NCBI GenBank assembly: GCA_949291675.1
Contig: CASEWR010000009.1
Location: 35,310 to 99,309, forward strand
Direction of reading: 5' to 3'
Length of the DNA stretch: 64,000 nt
DNA from: an uncultured Desulfovibrio sp.
GTDB taxonomy: Bacteria > Desulfobacterota > Desulfovibrionia > Desulfovibrionales > Desulfovibrionaceae
Shown here: positions 1 through 11,555 of the stretch, piece by piece
Layout of the letters: each line of letters opens with the position of its first letter
Numbering within the stretch: the first letter of the stretch is position 1
Notes under the pieces: model-generated
Seen by the model: the letters and a program-made list of their open reading frames with translations, nothing else
Databases searched by the model: none
Told to the model about the DNA's origin: nothing
Made by a program: the position numbers and the translations under genes

Positions 1-2014
1 TCCCCCGGAAGTGCACAAGCTGACCTATGACGATCCTCAGGGCCTCCTCTCCCGCTACATCGTCAACGAAACCGCTTCCTTCCGCTCCTCCATCCAGTGG
101 GTGCCGGACTTTGCCAAGATCGTGAACCGCGGCTTCAACTCCATCAAGGCCGAAGCTCAGGAAAAACTGGCTGCTCTGGATCCCCTGTCCTGCAAGGATA
201 TGTGCGAGAAGAAGCCCTTCCTCGATGCCATCGTGATCGTCTCCGACGCCATCGTGCTCTGGGCCCATCGTTACGCTGAGGCTGCCCGCGAAGCTGCTGC
301 CAAGTGCACAGACGAAAACCGCAAGGCCGAGCTGCTGCATATGGCCGCCAATGCTGACCACGTGCCCGGCGAGCCCGCCCGCGACTTCTGGGAAGCCTGC
401 CAGAGCCAGTGGTTCACCCAGATGTTCTCCCGCCTGGAACAGAAGACCGGTACCACCATTTCCAATGGCCGCATGGACCAGTACTTCTATCCTTACTACC
501 AGGCTGACATCGAGGCCGGCAAGCTGACCGAAGAAAAGGCCCTGGAAATCATGGAATGCATGTGGGTCGGCATGGCCGAGTTCATCGACATGTACATCTC
601 CCCCACCGGCGGTGCCTTCAACGAAGGCTACGCTCACTGGGAAGCTGTGACAGTCGGCGGCCAGACCCCCGACGGCAGAGACGCCACCAACGAGCTCACC
701 CACCTCATCCTCCGCTCCAAGCGTGAGTTCCCGCTGCACTACCCGGACCTCGCTGCCCGCGTGCACAGCGGCTGCCCCGAGAGCTACCTGTGGGATGTGG
801 CCGAGACCATCAAGTACGGCTCCGGCTTCCCCAAGCTCATCAATGACGAAGAAGTTGTGCCCCTGTACGTTTCCAAGGGCGCTACCTTCGAAGAGGCCTT
901 CGACTACGCCGTGTCCGGCTGCACCGAAGCCCGTATGCCCAACCGTGACACCTACACCTCCGGCGGTGCCTATGTGAACTTCGCCGCTGCCGTGGAAATG
1001 GTGCTGCGCAACGGCCGCATGAAGAAGTACGGCGACCAGGTTCTCGGCATCGAGACCGGCGACCCCCGCGAATTCACCAGCTGGGATCAGTTCTGGAACG
1101 CCTACGTGCAGCAGCACGAACTCTTCCTGCGCACAGCCTTCATTCAGCAGTACATCATCAACAAGCTGCGTGCCCGCCACTTTGCAGCCCCCATGCTGTC
1201 CGCCATGCACGACCTTGCCATGAAGCACTGCATCGACCTGCATCAGGAACACATTCCTGAAGGCATCGACTTCGGCTACTTCGAGTACATGGGCCTCGGC
1301 ACTGTGGTTGACTCCCTGTGCGCCGTGAAGAAGCTTGTCTTTGAAGACAAGAAGCTCACCATGGATCAGCTCATCAAGGCTCTGGACGCCAACTTCGAAG
1401 GCTATGACGACGTGAAGGCCCTGCTGAAGACCGCTCCCTGCTATGGCAACAATGACGAATACGCCGACTCCATCGGCCGCGCCATTGACCACCTGAGCGT
1501 GGAATACGGCCACAAGTACAGCATGAAGGACCTCGGCATGCACAACGACGTGCGCTACGTGCCCTTCACCTCTCACGTGCCCTTCGGCAAGGTTGTGGGC
1601 GCCACCCCCAACGGCCGCGTTGACTGGTTCCCGCTGTCCGACGGTTCCTCCGCCTCCCACGGCGCTGACGTGAACGGCCCCACCGCAGTTCTTCTGTCCA
1701 ACTACAACACCAAGAACTACGGCATGCGCGACCGTGCAGCCCGTATGCTGAACATCAAGTTCACCCCCAAGTGCCTTGAGGGCGAACAGGGCACCGAAAA
1801 GCTCGTGTCCTTCATCCGCACCTTCATCGACCTGAAGCTGTGGCACGTTCAGTTCAACGTCATCAACGCCGACACCCTGAAGAAGGCCCAGAAGGATCCT
1901 GAAAAGTACCGCAACCTCATCGTCCGCATCGCCGGTTACAGCGCCTACTTCGTGGACCTGTCCCCCGACCTGCAGAACGACCTCATTGCCCGTACTGTGC
2001 ATGAGTCCATCTAA
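1..2014 (+). CDS. glycyl radical enzyme (PFL2 / 1,2-eliminase-like family), 5' end outside window
   Basis: The reading frame is open to the window edge. It carries the C-terminal glycyl-radical motif [10 protein letters not shown] (Gly codon 1934-1936) and a Cys-x-Glu catalytic loop (SGCTEA). An activase gene follows it. Confidence 0.9.
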   Translation, partial: PPEVHKLTYDDPQGLLSRYIVNETASFRSSIQWVPDFAKIVNRGFNSIKAEAQEKLAALDPLSCKDMCEKKPFLDAIVIVSDAIVLWAHRYAEAAREAAAKCTDENRKAELLHMAANADHVPGEPARDFWEACQSQWFTQMFSRLEQKTGTTISNGRMDQYFYPYYQADIEAGKLTEEKALEIMECMWVGMAEFIDMYISPTGGAFNEGYAHWEAVTVGGQTPDGRDATNELTHLILRSKREFPLHYPDLAARVHSGCPESYLWDVAETIKYGSGFPKLINDEEVVPLYVSKGATFEEAFDYAVSGCTEARMPNRDTYTSGGAYVNFAAAVEMVLRNGRMKKYGDQVLGIETGDPREFTSWDQFWNAYVQQHELFLRTAFIQQYIINKLRARHFAAPMLSAMHDLAMKHCIDLHQEHIPEGIDFGYFEYMGLGTVVDSLCAVKKLVFEDKKLTMDQLIKALDANFEGYDDVKALLKTAPCYGNNDEYADSIGRAIDHLSVEYGHKYSMKDLGMHNDVRYVPFTSHVPFGKVVGATPNGRVDWFPLSDGSSASHGADVNGPTAVLLSNYNTKNYGMRDRAARMLNIKFTPKCLEGEQGTEKLVSFIRTFIDLKLWHVQFNVINADTLKKAQKDPEKYRNLIVRIAGYSAYFVDLSPDLQNDLIARTVHESI

Positions 2015-2355
2015 CTCAACTCTTTCTGCAACTCCTTTTGAAAGAATACAGTCCATGTCTGTCTGATGCCCCGGCATCAGACAGACACAAGACAAGATTT
2101 CAGGGACCTGTTCTTCACAGGAGGAACAGGTCCCTGTACTATGTCTGCCACAGGACTCAGAGCCAGAAACAGATCTGCAGCACAGATTCTGATGCAGCAT
2201 ACTGCCGGCTCCAGTCCGCAAGCCCCCGATCAACAGCCCCCGAAAAGCCCGGCAACAGCAGGCAGCACTTTCAAACGCCTGTACAGCATACTATCGGTTC
2301 GGGACGGCCTGTGATCATCATGTGTTCAACAGCTCTTGCCAAGGAGGATGTGCTG

Positions 2356-3302
2356 TGAGCAGAATCGAGGACAAAAGGACGACCGGCTACGTCTTCAACG
2401 TGCAGAAATACTCTGTCCATGACGGTCCCGGCATCAGAACCATTGCCTTTCTCAAAGGCTGTCATCTGCGCTGCAAATGGTGCAGCAATCCCGAGTCCCA
2501 GGAAAAGAAGCCCGAAGTGGCAGTGAACAACAATCGCTGCATCGGCACGGACAAGTGTCACTACTGCATGGACGCGTGTCCTCACGGTGCCCTGTACAGC
2601 ATCGGCACGCAGATAGCCATCAAGCGTGAGCTGTGTGCAGACTGTGAAGACCTGGCCTGTGCCAAAGCCTGTCCTGCCCAGGGCCTGAATATCTACGGCA
2701 AACTGCAGACCGTGGACGAAGTCATGAAAGTGGTTGAGCAGGATGCTCCCTTCTACGCCCGCTCCGGCGGCGGCATGACATTGTCCGGCGGCGAGCCCTT
2801 TGTGCAGAGCAAGTTTGCCCTGGCCCTGCTGCGCGAAGCCAGAGCCCGCTTCATCCGCACGGCAGTGGAAACCTGTGGCATGTGCGATCAGAATGTGCTG
2901 CTCGAAGCCGGCAAACATTTGAACTACGTGCTTTTCGATATCAAGAGCATGAACACGGAAAAGCACAAGGAAATGACAGGTCTTCCCAATACGCACATCA
3001 TCAGCAACCTGAAGGCCCTGTGCGAGGAATATCCTGACAAGCCCATTCTGGTGCGCACGCCCATTATCCCCGGCTTCAATGACACGCCTGAGGATGTGAC
3101 TGCCATTGCCGAGTTCATCGAGCCCTTTGGCGAGCATGTACATTACGAAATGCTGCCCTATCACAGACTGGGCACGCAGAAATACGAATTTCTCAACAGA
3201 GACTACCCCATGGGTGAAGTCTCTCTGGACAATGTCCACTACAAGAAGCTGCTCAAGTACGCGCACCGCGTGCTGAAGGAAAGACATCACATCCCGCACT
3301 AG
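2356..3302 (+). CDS. glycyl-radical enzyme activating enzyme (radical SAM)
   Basis: It has the CHLRCKWC (CX3CX2C) motif near the N-terminus and two ferredoxin-like clusters (CIGTDKCHYCMDACP, CADCEDLACAKACP). AAGGAGG lies about 7 nt before GTG 2356; the ORF is open from 2322. Confidence 0.9.
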
Positions 3303-3332
3303 GCCAGGATCCGGCTGTCTTTGCATCCTTCC

Positions 3333-3422
3333 CTGCAGCTTCTCTGCAGTTTTTTGCAGCGTAGTGCAGTTCTTTGCGGTTTTCTGCAGTTTTTTTGCAG
3401 ATACTTTGCATTGTCTCTGCAA
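3333..3422. repeat. helically phased 10-bp degenerate tandem repeat (TTYTKTGCAG x ~8-9)
   Basis: TGCAG/TGCGG/TGCA occurs at 3334, 3345, 3355, 3365, 3375, 3385, 3396, 3407 and 3418. Each copy is preceded by a T-run. Confidence 0.75.
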
Positions 3423-3693
3423 TGTCCTGTTTGCTGAAGCATCTGCCTGTATCGTCTGCTGCTGACTTTCTTTCAGCACGCACATGCAGTGCAGATGCTT
3501 CTTTGTCTGCGCTGTGTACAGTCGACTGTACACAGGACTGCACAGCAGAACATATGAAATTGCGTCTCATTTGCAGAGCAAGAAAACTCTGGACCTTGAC
3601 AGGAAAGTCAGGCTAGATTTCCAGGATCCAGACAGTGCTCTGACACGACCTGCGACATGCTTTCCCGGGCTGAAGACTGATGATGGTGATGGG

Positions 3694-5118
<1,425 letters not shown>

Positions 5119-5154
5119 CTCCGCTGCCAGGCAGCCGCACTCTGAGGTGACATC

Positions 5155-5817
5155 ATGTACACAAACAGACTGCCGAAGCTTGAGGATGCAGGCCGCATTG
5201 AAGTGCCGGACTATCCCTTGAAGGGTATCCCGGAACTGCGGCTGGCAGACCCGCAGCACATGCGGGGGACAGTCCCTGACGATGAGGGCTGCCGCTGCCT
5301 CTGGGACAAATACGACATGCTGGCCAATATCCGCGCCCACTCCATGGTGGTGGCCAATGTGGCCACCAGGCTGGCAAAGCGGGCAAAGCGGCTGGGGCTC
5401 CCCGTGAACGTGGAGGCAGTGCGTGCCTCGGCCCTGCTGCACGATCTCGCCAAGACCTGGTGTCTGCGTCACGGCGGCTCCCATGCAGAGCTCGGCGCCA
5501 CCTGGGTTGTGCAGGAAACCGGGAATTACGAACTTGCCCGCGGCGTCTTTCACCATGTATACTGGCCCTGGAAGCTGCCCGCAGACAATGCCGTGCTCAT
5601 GTGCTCGCTGCCCTTCTTCATTCTCTATGCAGACAAGAGGGCCAGACATGATGCCTTTGTGTCCCTGGAAGTCAGGTTCGAGGACCTGATTGACCGCTAC
5701 GGCAAGACAGAAGCGCACAGAAAGAGCATCTGCGGCTCCTATCTGCAGGCTAAGGGGATTGAAGAGGCCTTAAGCCGCCACCTCGGTGTCGGCCTTGCCC
5801 ACACCATCCCCGTGTAA
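5155..5817 (+). CDS. HD-domain protein (metal-dependent phosphohydrolase superfamily)
   Basis: HDLAK and downstream His residues (HAELGA, HHVYW) are present. GAGGTGA lies 4 nt upstream of the ATG. Confidence 0.65.
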   Translation: MYTNRLPKLEDAGRIEVPDYPLKGIPELRLADPQHMRGTVPDDEGCRCLWDKYDMLANIRAHSMVVANVATRLAKRAKRLGLPVNVEAVRASALLHDLAKTWCLRHGGSHAELGATWVVQETGNYELARGVFHHVYWPWKLPADNAVLMCSLPFFILYADKRARHDAFVSLEVRFEDLIDRYGKTEAHRKSICGSYLQAKGIEEALSRHLGVGLAHTIPV

Positions 5818-6036
5818 TCCCGGTGTCGGCCCTGCCCGCACCATCCCCGTGCAGGCAGCCGGCCTGGTCAGCGCCGGCGTACAGCCGGGGCCTGGCTGTC
5901 CCAGGCTTGTCCCGGACTGTCCCGAACAGGTGCTGACTGTCCCTGACTGTTTCTTTGCTGCGTCTCTTGTCTTCTTTTTGCACCATCAGCCAGAGGAGGG
6001 GCGACATCTCCCTGCACAGGGAGATGCGCTGTATGT

Positions 6037-6948
6037 ATGAAAGTACTTTTGATAGCCGGAGGCTGGTCCAGTGAGCGCGAGGTCTCTCTTGCCGCTGTGC
6101 CGGGCATTACTGAAGGACTGCAGGAACTTGGTCACACTGTGACCTTTTTTGATCTTTCCGCAGGCTTTGACAGCCTGCTTGCCACGGCAGGGGAGCATGA
6201 CTTTGCCTTCATCCTCCTGCACGGCTCCCCGGGCGAGGACGGGCTTGTGCAGGCCATGCTTGATGTTGCAGGCTGCCCCTACCAGGGCGCAGGCCCTGCC
6301 GGCAGCTTCCTGGCCCTGAACAAGGCCTGTGCCAAGCAGATCTTCCGCGCTGCCGGCATCCCCACTGCAGACTGGGAGTTTCTGCCCGCCATGCCCGATG
6401 CCTCCTGGCAGCCGAAGTTTGCCTATCCCATCTTTGTGAAGGCCAATCTCGGCGGCTCCTCCCTGCATCTTGGTCGAGCTGACACAAGGGAAGAGCTGGA
6501 TGCCCTGTTACAGGACGTGCTCGCCGAGGGCCAGGGTGCCCTGCTTGAGCCTTCCCTGAAAGGGCGCGACGTGACCTGCGCAGTCATTGGCGGCGAGGCC
6601 TTGCCGCCCATCCTCATCCTGCCTCAGAAGGGCGAGTACTTCGACTATGAGAGCAAGTATGCGGATGGTGGTGCCCGGGAAATCTGCCCTGCCCCCATCT
6701 CCGAGGCTGCCACAAAAACGATGCAGGACTACAGCAAAAGGGCTGTGGAGGCCCTTGGGCTGGACGGTGTGGGGCGTGTGGACTTTATCCTCGGCGAGGA
6801 CGACAGCCTGCACATCCTGGAAGTCAACACCATACCCGGCATGACAAAGGCCAGCCTTGTGCCCAAGGCTGCCGCAGCCGCTGGCATGAGCTTTGCGCAG
6901 CTGCTGGCCCGCCTGATGGAAGTGGGCATGGCCCGCAAAGACCGCTAG
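6037..6948 (+). CDS. ddl: D-alanine--D-alanine ligase
   Basis: The product starts MKVLLIAGGWSSEREVSL, shows ATP-grasp motifs (EVNTIPGMT), and has a length of 303 aa. Confidence 0.9.
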   Translation: MKVLLIAGGWSSEREVSLAAVPGITEGLQELGHTVTFFDLSAGFDSLLATAGEHDFAFILLHGSPGEDGLVQAMLDVAGCPYQGAGPAGSFLALNKACAKQIFRAAGIPTADWEFLPAMPDASWQPKFAYPIFVKANLGGSSLHLGRADTREELDALLQDVLAEGQGALLEPSLKGRDVTCAVIGGEALPPILILPQKGEYFDYESKYADGGAREICPAPISEAATKTMQDYSKRAVEALGLDGVGRVDFILGEDDSLHILEVNTIPGMTKASLVPKAAAAAGMSFAQLLARLMEVGMARKDR

Positions 6949-6951
6949 GCT

Positions 6952-7863
6952 ATGCCGGGAAGTGTTCTCTGTGCCCATCTGTGCGCCTTAGGCACCACCA
7001 TGGTGTGGGGCATGACCTTTGTCTCCACCAAGGTATTGCTCAACGAAGGCCTGACACCCCTGGAAGTGCTCTTCTTCCGCTTTGTACTGGCGCTGGCTGT
7101 CATGTTCTGCATGAAGCCGAAGATCTTTCGTCACGGACGGGGCTGGAAGGAGGAGCTGCTCTTCTGTGCTGCAGGGGTGAGCGGTATCACAGCCTATTTT
7201 TGCTGTGAAAACGTTGCCCTGGGACTTACCTATGCCTCCAATGTCAGCCTTATTATCTGCACAGCCCCCTTTCTGACCGGGCTGGCAGCCCATTTTGCCC
7301 TGAAAGAAGAGCTGCATGGCAACTTCTTCACAGGCTTTGTGGTGGCCATCATTGGCATAGCCTGTATCTCCTTCAATGGCGCAGCCTACCTTTCCCTCAA
7401 TCCGGCAGGGGACCTGCTGGCAGTAGGTGCGGCTGCCTGCTGGGCCTGCTATTCCATCTTCACCCGCCGCATCTTTTCCAGAAACTACCCCCTGCTTGAG
7501 GCCACCCGCCGCATTCTGCTCTGGGGCCTTATCACGGCAGGGCTGATTCTGCCCCTGCAGGGCGAGGTGCATCTGCCGGATTTCGGCTCAGGCATTGTGT
7601 GGCTGAACTTCCTCTTCCTGGGCGTTCTGGCCTCGTCCATCTGCTTTGTGACCTGGAACTACGGCCTGCGCGTGCTCGGTGCCGTCAAGGCCACAGCCTA
7701 CGTCTATCTGACCCCTGTGGTCACGGTCATAGGCGCCTTCTTTTTGCTGGATGAGCACATCACCATGCTCTCGGCCACAGGCATGGCCCTCACCATGGCG
7801 GGCCTGATTCTCTCCGAGACCAGGGGCAATATGCTCGGGCGCCTGCGCCGCAAAGGAAGCTGA
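6952..7863 (+). CDS. EamA/DMT-family transporter
   Basis: The product has about 10 hydrophobic helices in a duplicated EamA-like organisation and is 303 aa long. The start is uncertain. Confidence 0.75.
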   Translation: MPGSVLCAHLCALGTTMVWGMTFVSTKVLLNEGLTPLEVLFFRFVLALAVMFCMKPKIFRHGRGWKEELLFCAAGVSGITAYFCCENVALGLTYASNVSLIICTAPFLTGLAAHFALKEELHGNFFTGFVVAIIGIACISFNGAAYLSLNPAGDLLAVGAAACWACYSIFTRRIFSRNYPLLEATRRILLWGLITAGLILPLQGEVHLPDFGSGIVWLNFLFLGVLASSICFVTWNYGLRVLGAVKATAYVYLTPVVTVIGAFFLLDEHITMLSATGMALTMAGLILSETRGNMLGRLRRKGS

Positions 7864-7903
7864 CCTCAGCCTTGCGTCCATCCCCTTGTTTTTTCCATCT
7901 CCA

Positions 7904-7925
7904 GGGCCCGCAACGGGCCCTTTTT
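7904..7925 (+). terminator. Rho-independent terminator
   Basis: GGGCCCG-CAA-CGGGCCC followed by TTTTT. Confidence 0.65.
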
Positions 7926-7955
7926 GCCCTTTCCCCGTACAGTACGGAGGTGTGC

Positions 7956-9404
7956 ATGGGTCGTTTGCTTCACCACTACCTGCACAAGGCCCTTCCTTTG
8001 GGCTGCCATCCGGGCAGTCTGCTCCGCCACGCTGGCCGCTCTTCAGGCAGCCATGCGGTCCTTCCTGCCTTTTTTCCGGCCCGCTGTCTGGCAGGCATCC
8101 TTGTGCTGTGCTGCTGTCTCACGCTCCTTGTGCCAGAAGCAAGTCTGGCCATCTCCGAGGTGCGCAACACCCCTGTGGTGCGGGTGGTCAACCAGGCCTC
8201 AGCGGCAGTTGTCAACATCACCAGCACCAGTGTGCAGGGCAGGTCCCTCTCGCCCCTGGAGCAGTTTTTCGGGGACTTTGGCATGCGCATCCCCCAGCGC
8301 CAGCGCAAGCGTGTGAGCCTTGGCTCTGGTGTCATTGTGGATGGCAGAAAGGGCCTTGTGCTCACCAATTCCCATGTGGTGCAGTCCGGCACGGACATCC
8401 AGGTGCGCCTCAAGGACGGGCGCGAGTTCAAAGCCCGGCTGCGCGGAGCTGACCCTGACTTTGACCTGGCAGTGCTGGAGCTTGAGGGCGCAAAGACATT
8501 GCCGTCGCTGAGCATGGGCGACAGCTCGGATGTCCTGCCTGGCGAGACGGTCATAGCCATCGGCAACCCCTATGGCTTTTCCCATACAGTCACCACAGGC
8601 GTGGTCTCTGCCCTGGGCCGCACCATACGCTCCGAGAGCGGGGTGTTCACAGACCTCATTCAGACTGACGCTGCCATCAACCCCGGCAATTCCGGTGGTC
8701 CCCTCATCAACCTGGACTGCAGCCTCTTCGGCATCTATACGGCCATCTACGGCAAGGGCTGGGGCCTTGGCTTTGCCATTCCCATCAATAAGGCCCGTCA
8801 GGTCATGCAGCGCCTGCTTGAGGGCAGAGCGGCCTCGCCCCTGTGGCTGGGCCTGCAGGCAGAGGACATGGACCAGCGCCTGGCCATGGAGTTCGGTCTG
8901 CCTGCCATGCACGGCATTGTGGTGAGCGGCATTTACAAGAACAGCCCTGCTGCCAGGGCAGGCCTTGAGCCTGGCGACATCCTGCTCGCCATCAATGGCT
9001 CTGAGATCAAGAGCCGGCGCGATTACCTCTACCTGCTGCGCAATCAGCTCGAAGGCACAAAGCTCACCCTGGAGGTGGCAGGCCTGCATGCGCCGGACAA
9101 GGTGCGCAGAATTACCATCACCCCCCAGGTCTTCACGGACAAAATGGCCCTGGACGTGCTTGAGAAGCGCTGGGGCTTTACCGTGAAGGAAAGCCGCAGG
9201 GGCCTTGTGGTGGACACTGTGGAAACCCGCGGACCTGCCAGCTTCCTGCGCAGGGGCGATATGCTGCGCGGTGTCAGCGGTGTCGAGGTCAGTGATGTGC
9301 AGAGCCTTGCTGCGGCCTTCCGTGAAGAGCGCCTCTCGGGCAGCGTGCTCCTGCTCATCGAACGCCAGGGCAGGGGCTATTACGCCCGCCTGCAGGTCTT
9401 TTAG
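7956..9404 (+). CDS. HtrA/DegP/DegQ-family periplasmic serine protease with two PDZ-like regions
   Basis: The catalytic triad context is present (TNSHVV, DLAVLEL, GNSGGPL). GGAGG lies 5 nt before ATG 7956; the ORF is open from 7872. Confidence 0.85.
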   Translation: MGRLLHHYLHKALPLGCHPGSLLRHAGRSSGSHAVLPAFFPARCLAGILVLCCCLTLLVPEASLAISEVRNTPVVRVVNQASAAVVNITSTSVQGRSLSPLEQFFGDFGMRIPQRQRKRVSLGSGVIVDGRKGLVLTNSHVVQSGTDIQVRLKDGREFKARLRGADPDFDLAVLELEGAKTLPSLSMGDSSDVLPGETVIAIGNPYGFSHTVTTGVVSALGRTIRSESGVFTDLIQTDAAINPGNSGGPLINLDCSLFGIYTAIYGKGWGLGFAIPINKARQVMQRLLEGRAASPLWLGLQAEDMDQRLAMEFGLPAMHGIVVSGIYKNSPAARAGLEPGDILLAINGSEIKSRRDYLYLLRNQLEGTKLTLEVAGLHAPDKVRRITITPQVFTDKMALDVLEKRWGFTVKESRRGLVVDTVETRGPASFLRRGDMLRGVSGVEVSDVQSLAAAFREERLSGSVLLLIERQGRGYYARLQVF

Positions 9405-9859
9405 CGGGGCAGCAGGGGCGTGCAGGGGGCCCTGGCACAGGGTTGACGGCACTGCCCTGGCAGACTGTTCTGTCAGGGGACCTTGTCAGGGGGCCCTGGC
9501 AGGGCAGCGAAGGTCAGCTGGGCCTGGCAGACGGCCTTGACAGACGGTCCTGCACGGCAGACGGTCCTGCATGCTCGCTGGTTTTGCATGCACCCATGTC
9601 CTGCATGAGCCCATGTCCTGCATGCTCCCTGGCTTAGCAGGGCAGTCCGGCTGCCCGGTACTGCAGGTGCAAAGCCCTTGCTGGCCGGCAGCCCTGCAGG
9701 CAGACTGGCAGGCAGACTGGCAGCAAGGCTGCAGGCAATGCTGCAAGCGGCGCTGCAAGGGCGGATCCGGGGATTGCAAAAAGAAGCCGGAACAGAAAGA
9801 TTCTCTGGAAAAGAAAAGTATTTTCAGTATCTTGTAAAAAGAAACCTGAAGAAATTCAC

Positions 9860-9888
9860 TTGACAGAGAAGGGGCCTTTGTCAATACT
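9860..9888 (+). promoter_or_regulatory. candidate sigma-70 promoter for ferredoxin gene
   Basis: TTGACA (9860-9865), a 17-nt spacer, then AATACT (9883-9888). TTGACA and TGTCAA also form an inverted repeat. Confidence 0.3.
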
Positions 9889-10002
9889 GTATCCCGACGG
9901 TTTGCAGATTCGAGAGCCGTGTTGATTGCCATGGCGATTGCAGGTTCGAGTGCAGATCCGCAAAATTCTATTCAGGTCACTGACCAAGATTTGGAGGACG
10001 CT

Positions 10003-10191
10003 ATGTCTTACGAAGTTACTGTTGATACCGAGAAGTGCGTGGGTTGCGGCGAGTGCGTGGACGTGTGCCCCGTGGAAGTCTACGAGCTCCAGGACGGCAA
10101 GTCTGCTCCCGTGAACTACGAAGAGTGCCTCGGCTGTGAGTCCTGTGTGGAAGTCTGCTCCACCGACGCCATCGAAGTGAAGGAACTTTAA
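10003..10191 (+). CDS. 2x[4Fe-4S]-type ferredoxin (62 aa)
   Basis: It has two cluster motifs (CVGCGECVDVCP and CLGCESCVEVC). GGAGGA lies 4 nt upstream of ATG 10003. Confidence 0.85.
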   Translation: MSYEVTVDTEKCVGCGECVDVCPVEVYELQDGKSAPVNYEECLGCESCVEVCSTDAIEVKEL

Positions 10192-10218
10192 GAATACGGC
10201 CGCAAGCCTTTTGACAGT

Positions 10219-10258
10219 GCCGCCAGAAGACTTATATGTCCTCTGGCGGCATTCTTTT
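10219..10258 (+). terminator. Rho-independent terminator
   Basis: GCCGCCAGA ... TCTGGCGGC stem followed by ATTCTTTT. Confidence 0.6.
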
Positions 10259-10331
10259 GCCCGCAGATCCTGCAAAAAGCGGGAAACTGCGGGCTGCCGA
10301 CCCCCGAGAGTGACCAAGGAGACTGCAGATC

Positions 10332-11003
10332 ATGGTGCCTGATCTCTCCCCCATATTTGCCCAGTATGAAAAGCTGCGGGGCCTGGTAGACCAGGCCTTT
10401 GCCCAGGTGGCCAGCAGGCATGCGGACTGCATGTCCTGTCACAAGGGCTGCAGCGACTGCTGTCATGCCCTCTTTGACCTGTCCCTGGTTGAGGCCATGT
10501 ATATCAACCGCGCCTTCCAGCAGAAGTTCGGCTACGGGCCGCAGCGCTCAGCCATCCTGGACAGGGCCAATGCCATTGACCGTCAGCTTGCCCGCGTGAA
10601 GAAGAATCTCTACCGCGACTACAAGGAAAGCAGGGATGCCGAAACAGTGCTGCACGAGGCTGCAGAACTGCGCATGCCCTGTCCCTTGCTCGGCTCTGAC
10701 AACAAATGTATCCTGTATGAAGCCCGCCCCATCACCTGCAGGGCCTATGGTGTTCCCACCAGCATCGCAGGCAGCGGCCACGTCTGCGGCCTTGCCGGCT
10801 TTGACCAGGGCGGCCAGTACCCCACTCTGAAGCTCGACAGCGTGCACACGGCCCTCAATAACCTGAGCATTGCCATTGAACAGGCTGTGCACAGCCGCTT
10901 CGACAAGCTTCACGAAGTTTTCATGCCCGTTTCCATGGCGCTGCTCACCTCCTTTGATGACAGCTTCCTTGGCATCGGTCCTGCCAGACCGGAACGGGAC
11001 TAA
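10332..11003 (+). CDS. YkgJ-family Cys-cluster (CxxCxxCC) protein
   Basis: It carries the CHKGCSDCCH motif and later CPLL...C...C cysteines. AAGGAG lies upstream. Confidence 0.65.
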   Translation: MVPDLSPIFAQYEKLRGLVDQAFAQVASRHADCMSCHKGCSDCCHALFDLSLVEAMYINRAFQQKFGYGPQRSAILDRANAIDRQLARVKKNLYRDYKESRDAETVLHEAAELRMPCPLLGSDNKCILYEARPITCRAYGVPTSIAGSGHVCGLAGFDQGGQYPTLKLDSVHTALNNLSIAIEQAVHSRFDKLHEVFMPVSMALLTSFDDSFLGIGPARPERD

Positions 11004-11071
11004 AGCTCTGACGCCGGGACAGAGGTCATGCACTGCTGCCGGCGTTGTGACACACTGACGCGAGGAAAACC

Positions 11072-11497
11072 ATGCCGAGCTTTCTTGCCGATATACATGC
11101 CTTCATGTACCGCGATAACACGCCGCAGGAGCTGACTGAAGATCAGGAAGCCAGCAAGCGCGAGATGTATGAAAAGATGAGTCCGCGCGGCAGGCGTTTC
11201 GTGGACCGCATAGGCTATGAGAACTGGGACCCCTTCCAGAAGCCCAACGATCCCCTGGATATCCGCCAGGACGCCACCAAGAGGACCACGCAGCAGCTGG
11301 TACGTGAATTTCTGCAGGTCATGAGCCACAACGAGTCCTACAGTAATGAGTACGGACGTGGCGCACTGCAGGCTGCGCTCGGCATTGTCAACCGCGATGA
11401 AACCATGCGCGGTACCTTTGACTTCTGTCTGTGGTATGCAGAGCTTTTGCGTCGTGAAGGCCATGTCAGGCCGCAGATCAGCAATCTGCAAAAGTAG
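11072..11497 (+). CDS. hypothetical protein (141 aa)
   Basis: It has a clean ORF, GAGGAAAA upstream of the ATG, and coding-like composition. I recognise no family. Confidence 0.5.
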   Translation: MPSFLADIHAFMYRDNTPQELTEDQEASKREMYEKMSPRGRRFVDRIGYENWDPFQKPNDPLDIRQDATKRTTQQLVREFLQVMSHNESYSNEYGRGALQAALGIVNRDETMRGTFDFCLWYAELLRREGHVRPQISNLQK

Positions 11498-11555
11498 GCC
11501 CCTTTTTCTTCAGCACCACTAACAGGGGACCTGCTCCCCGTAACAGGCGTTTTTC

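Noticed and set aside
2038-2358. ORFs of 106 and 82 aa between the GRE and activase genes.
   Set aside because: They have no SD and their composition is Arg/Ser/Pro/Gln-rich. The region is better explained by two long hairpins.
9434-9448. TGGCACAGGGTTGAC as a sigma-54 promoter.
   Set aside because: The -12 element reads TGAC instead of TTGC/GC at the required spacing. It also lies about 570 nt from the next + strand start.
9901-9960. GGTTCGAG-containing segment as a possible tRNA T-arm.
   Set aside because: No acceptor stem, anticodon arm or D-arm can be drawn. The segment is the ferredoxin 5' leader with a duplicated TTGCAGRTTCGAG word.
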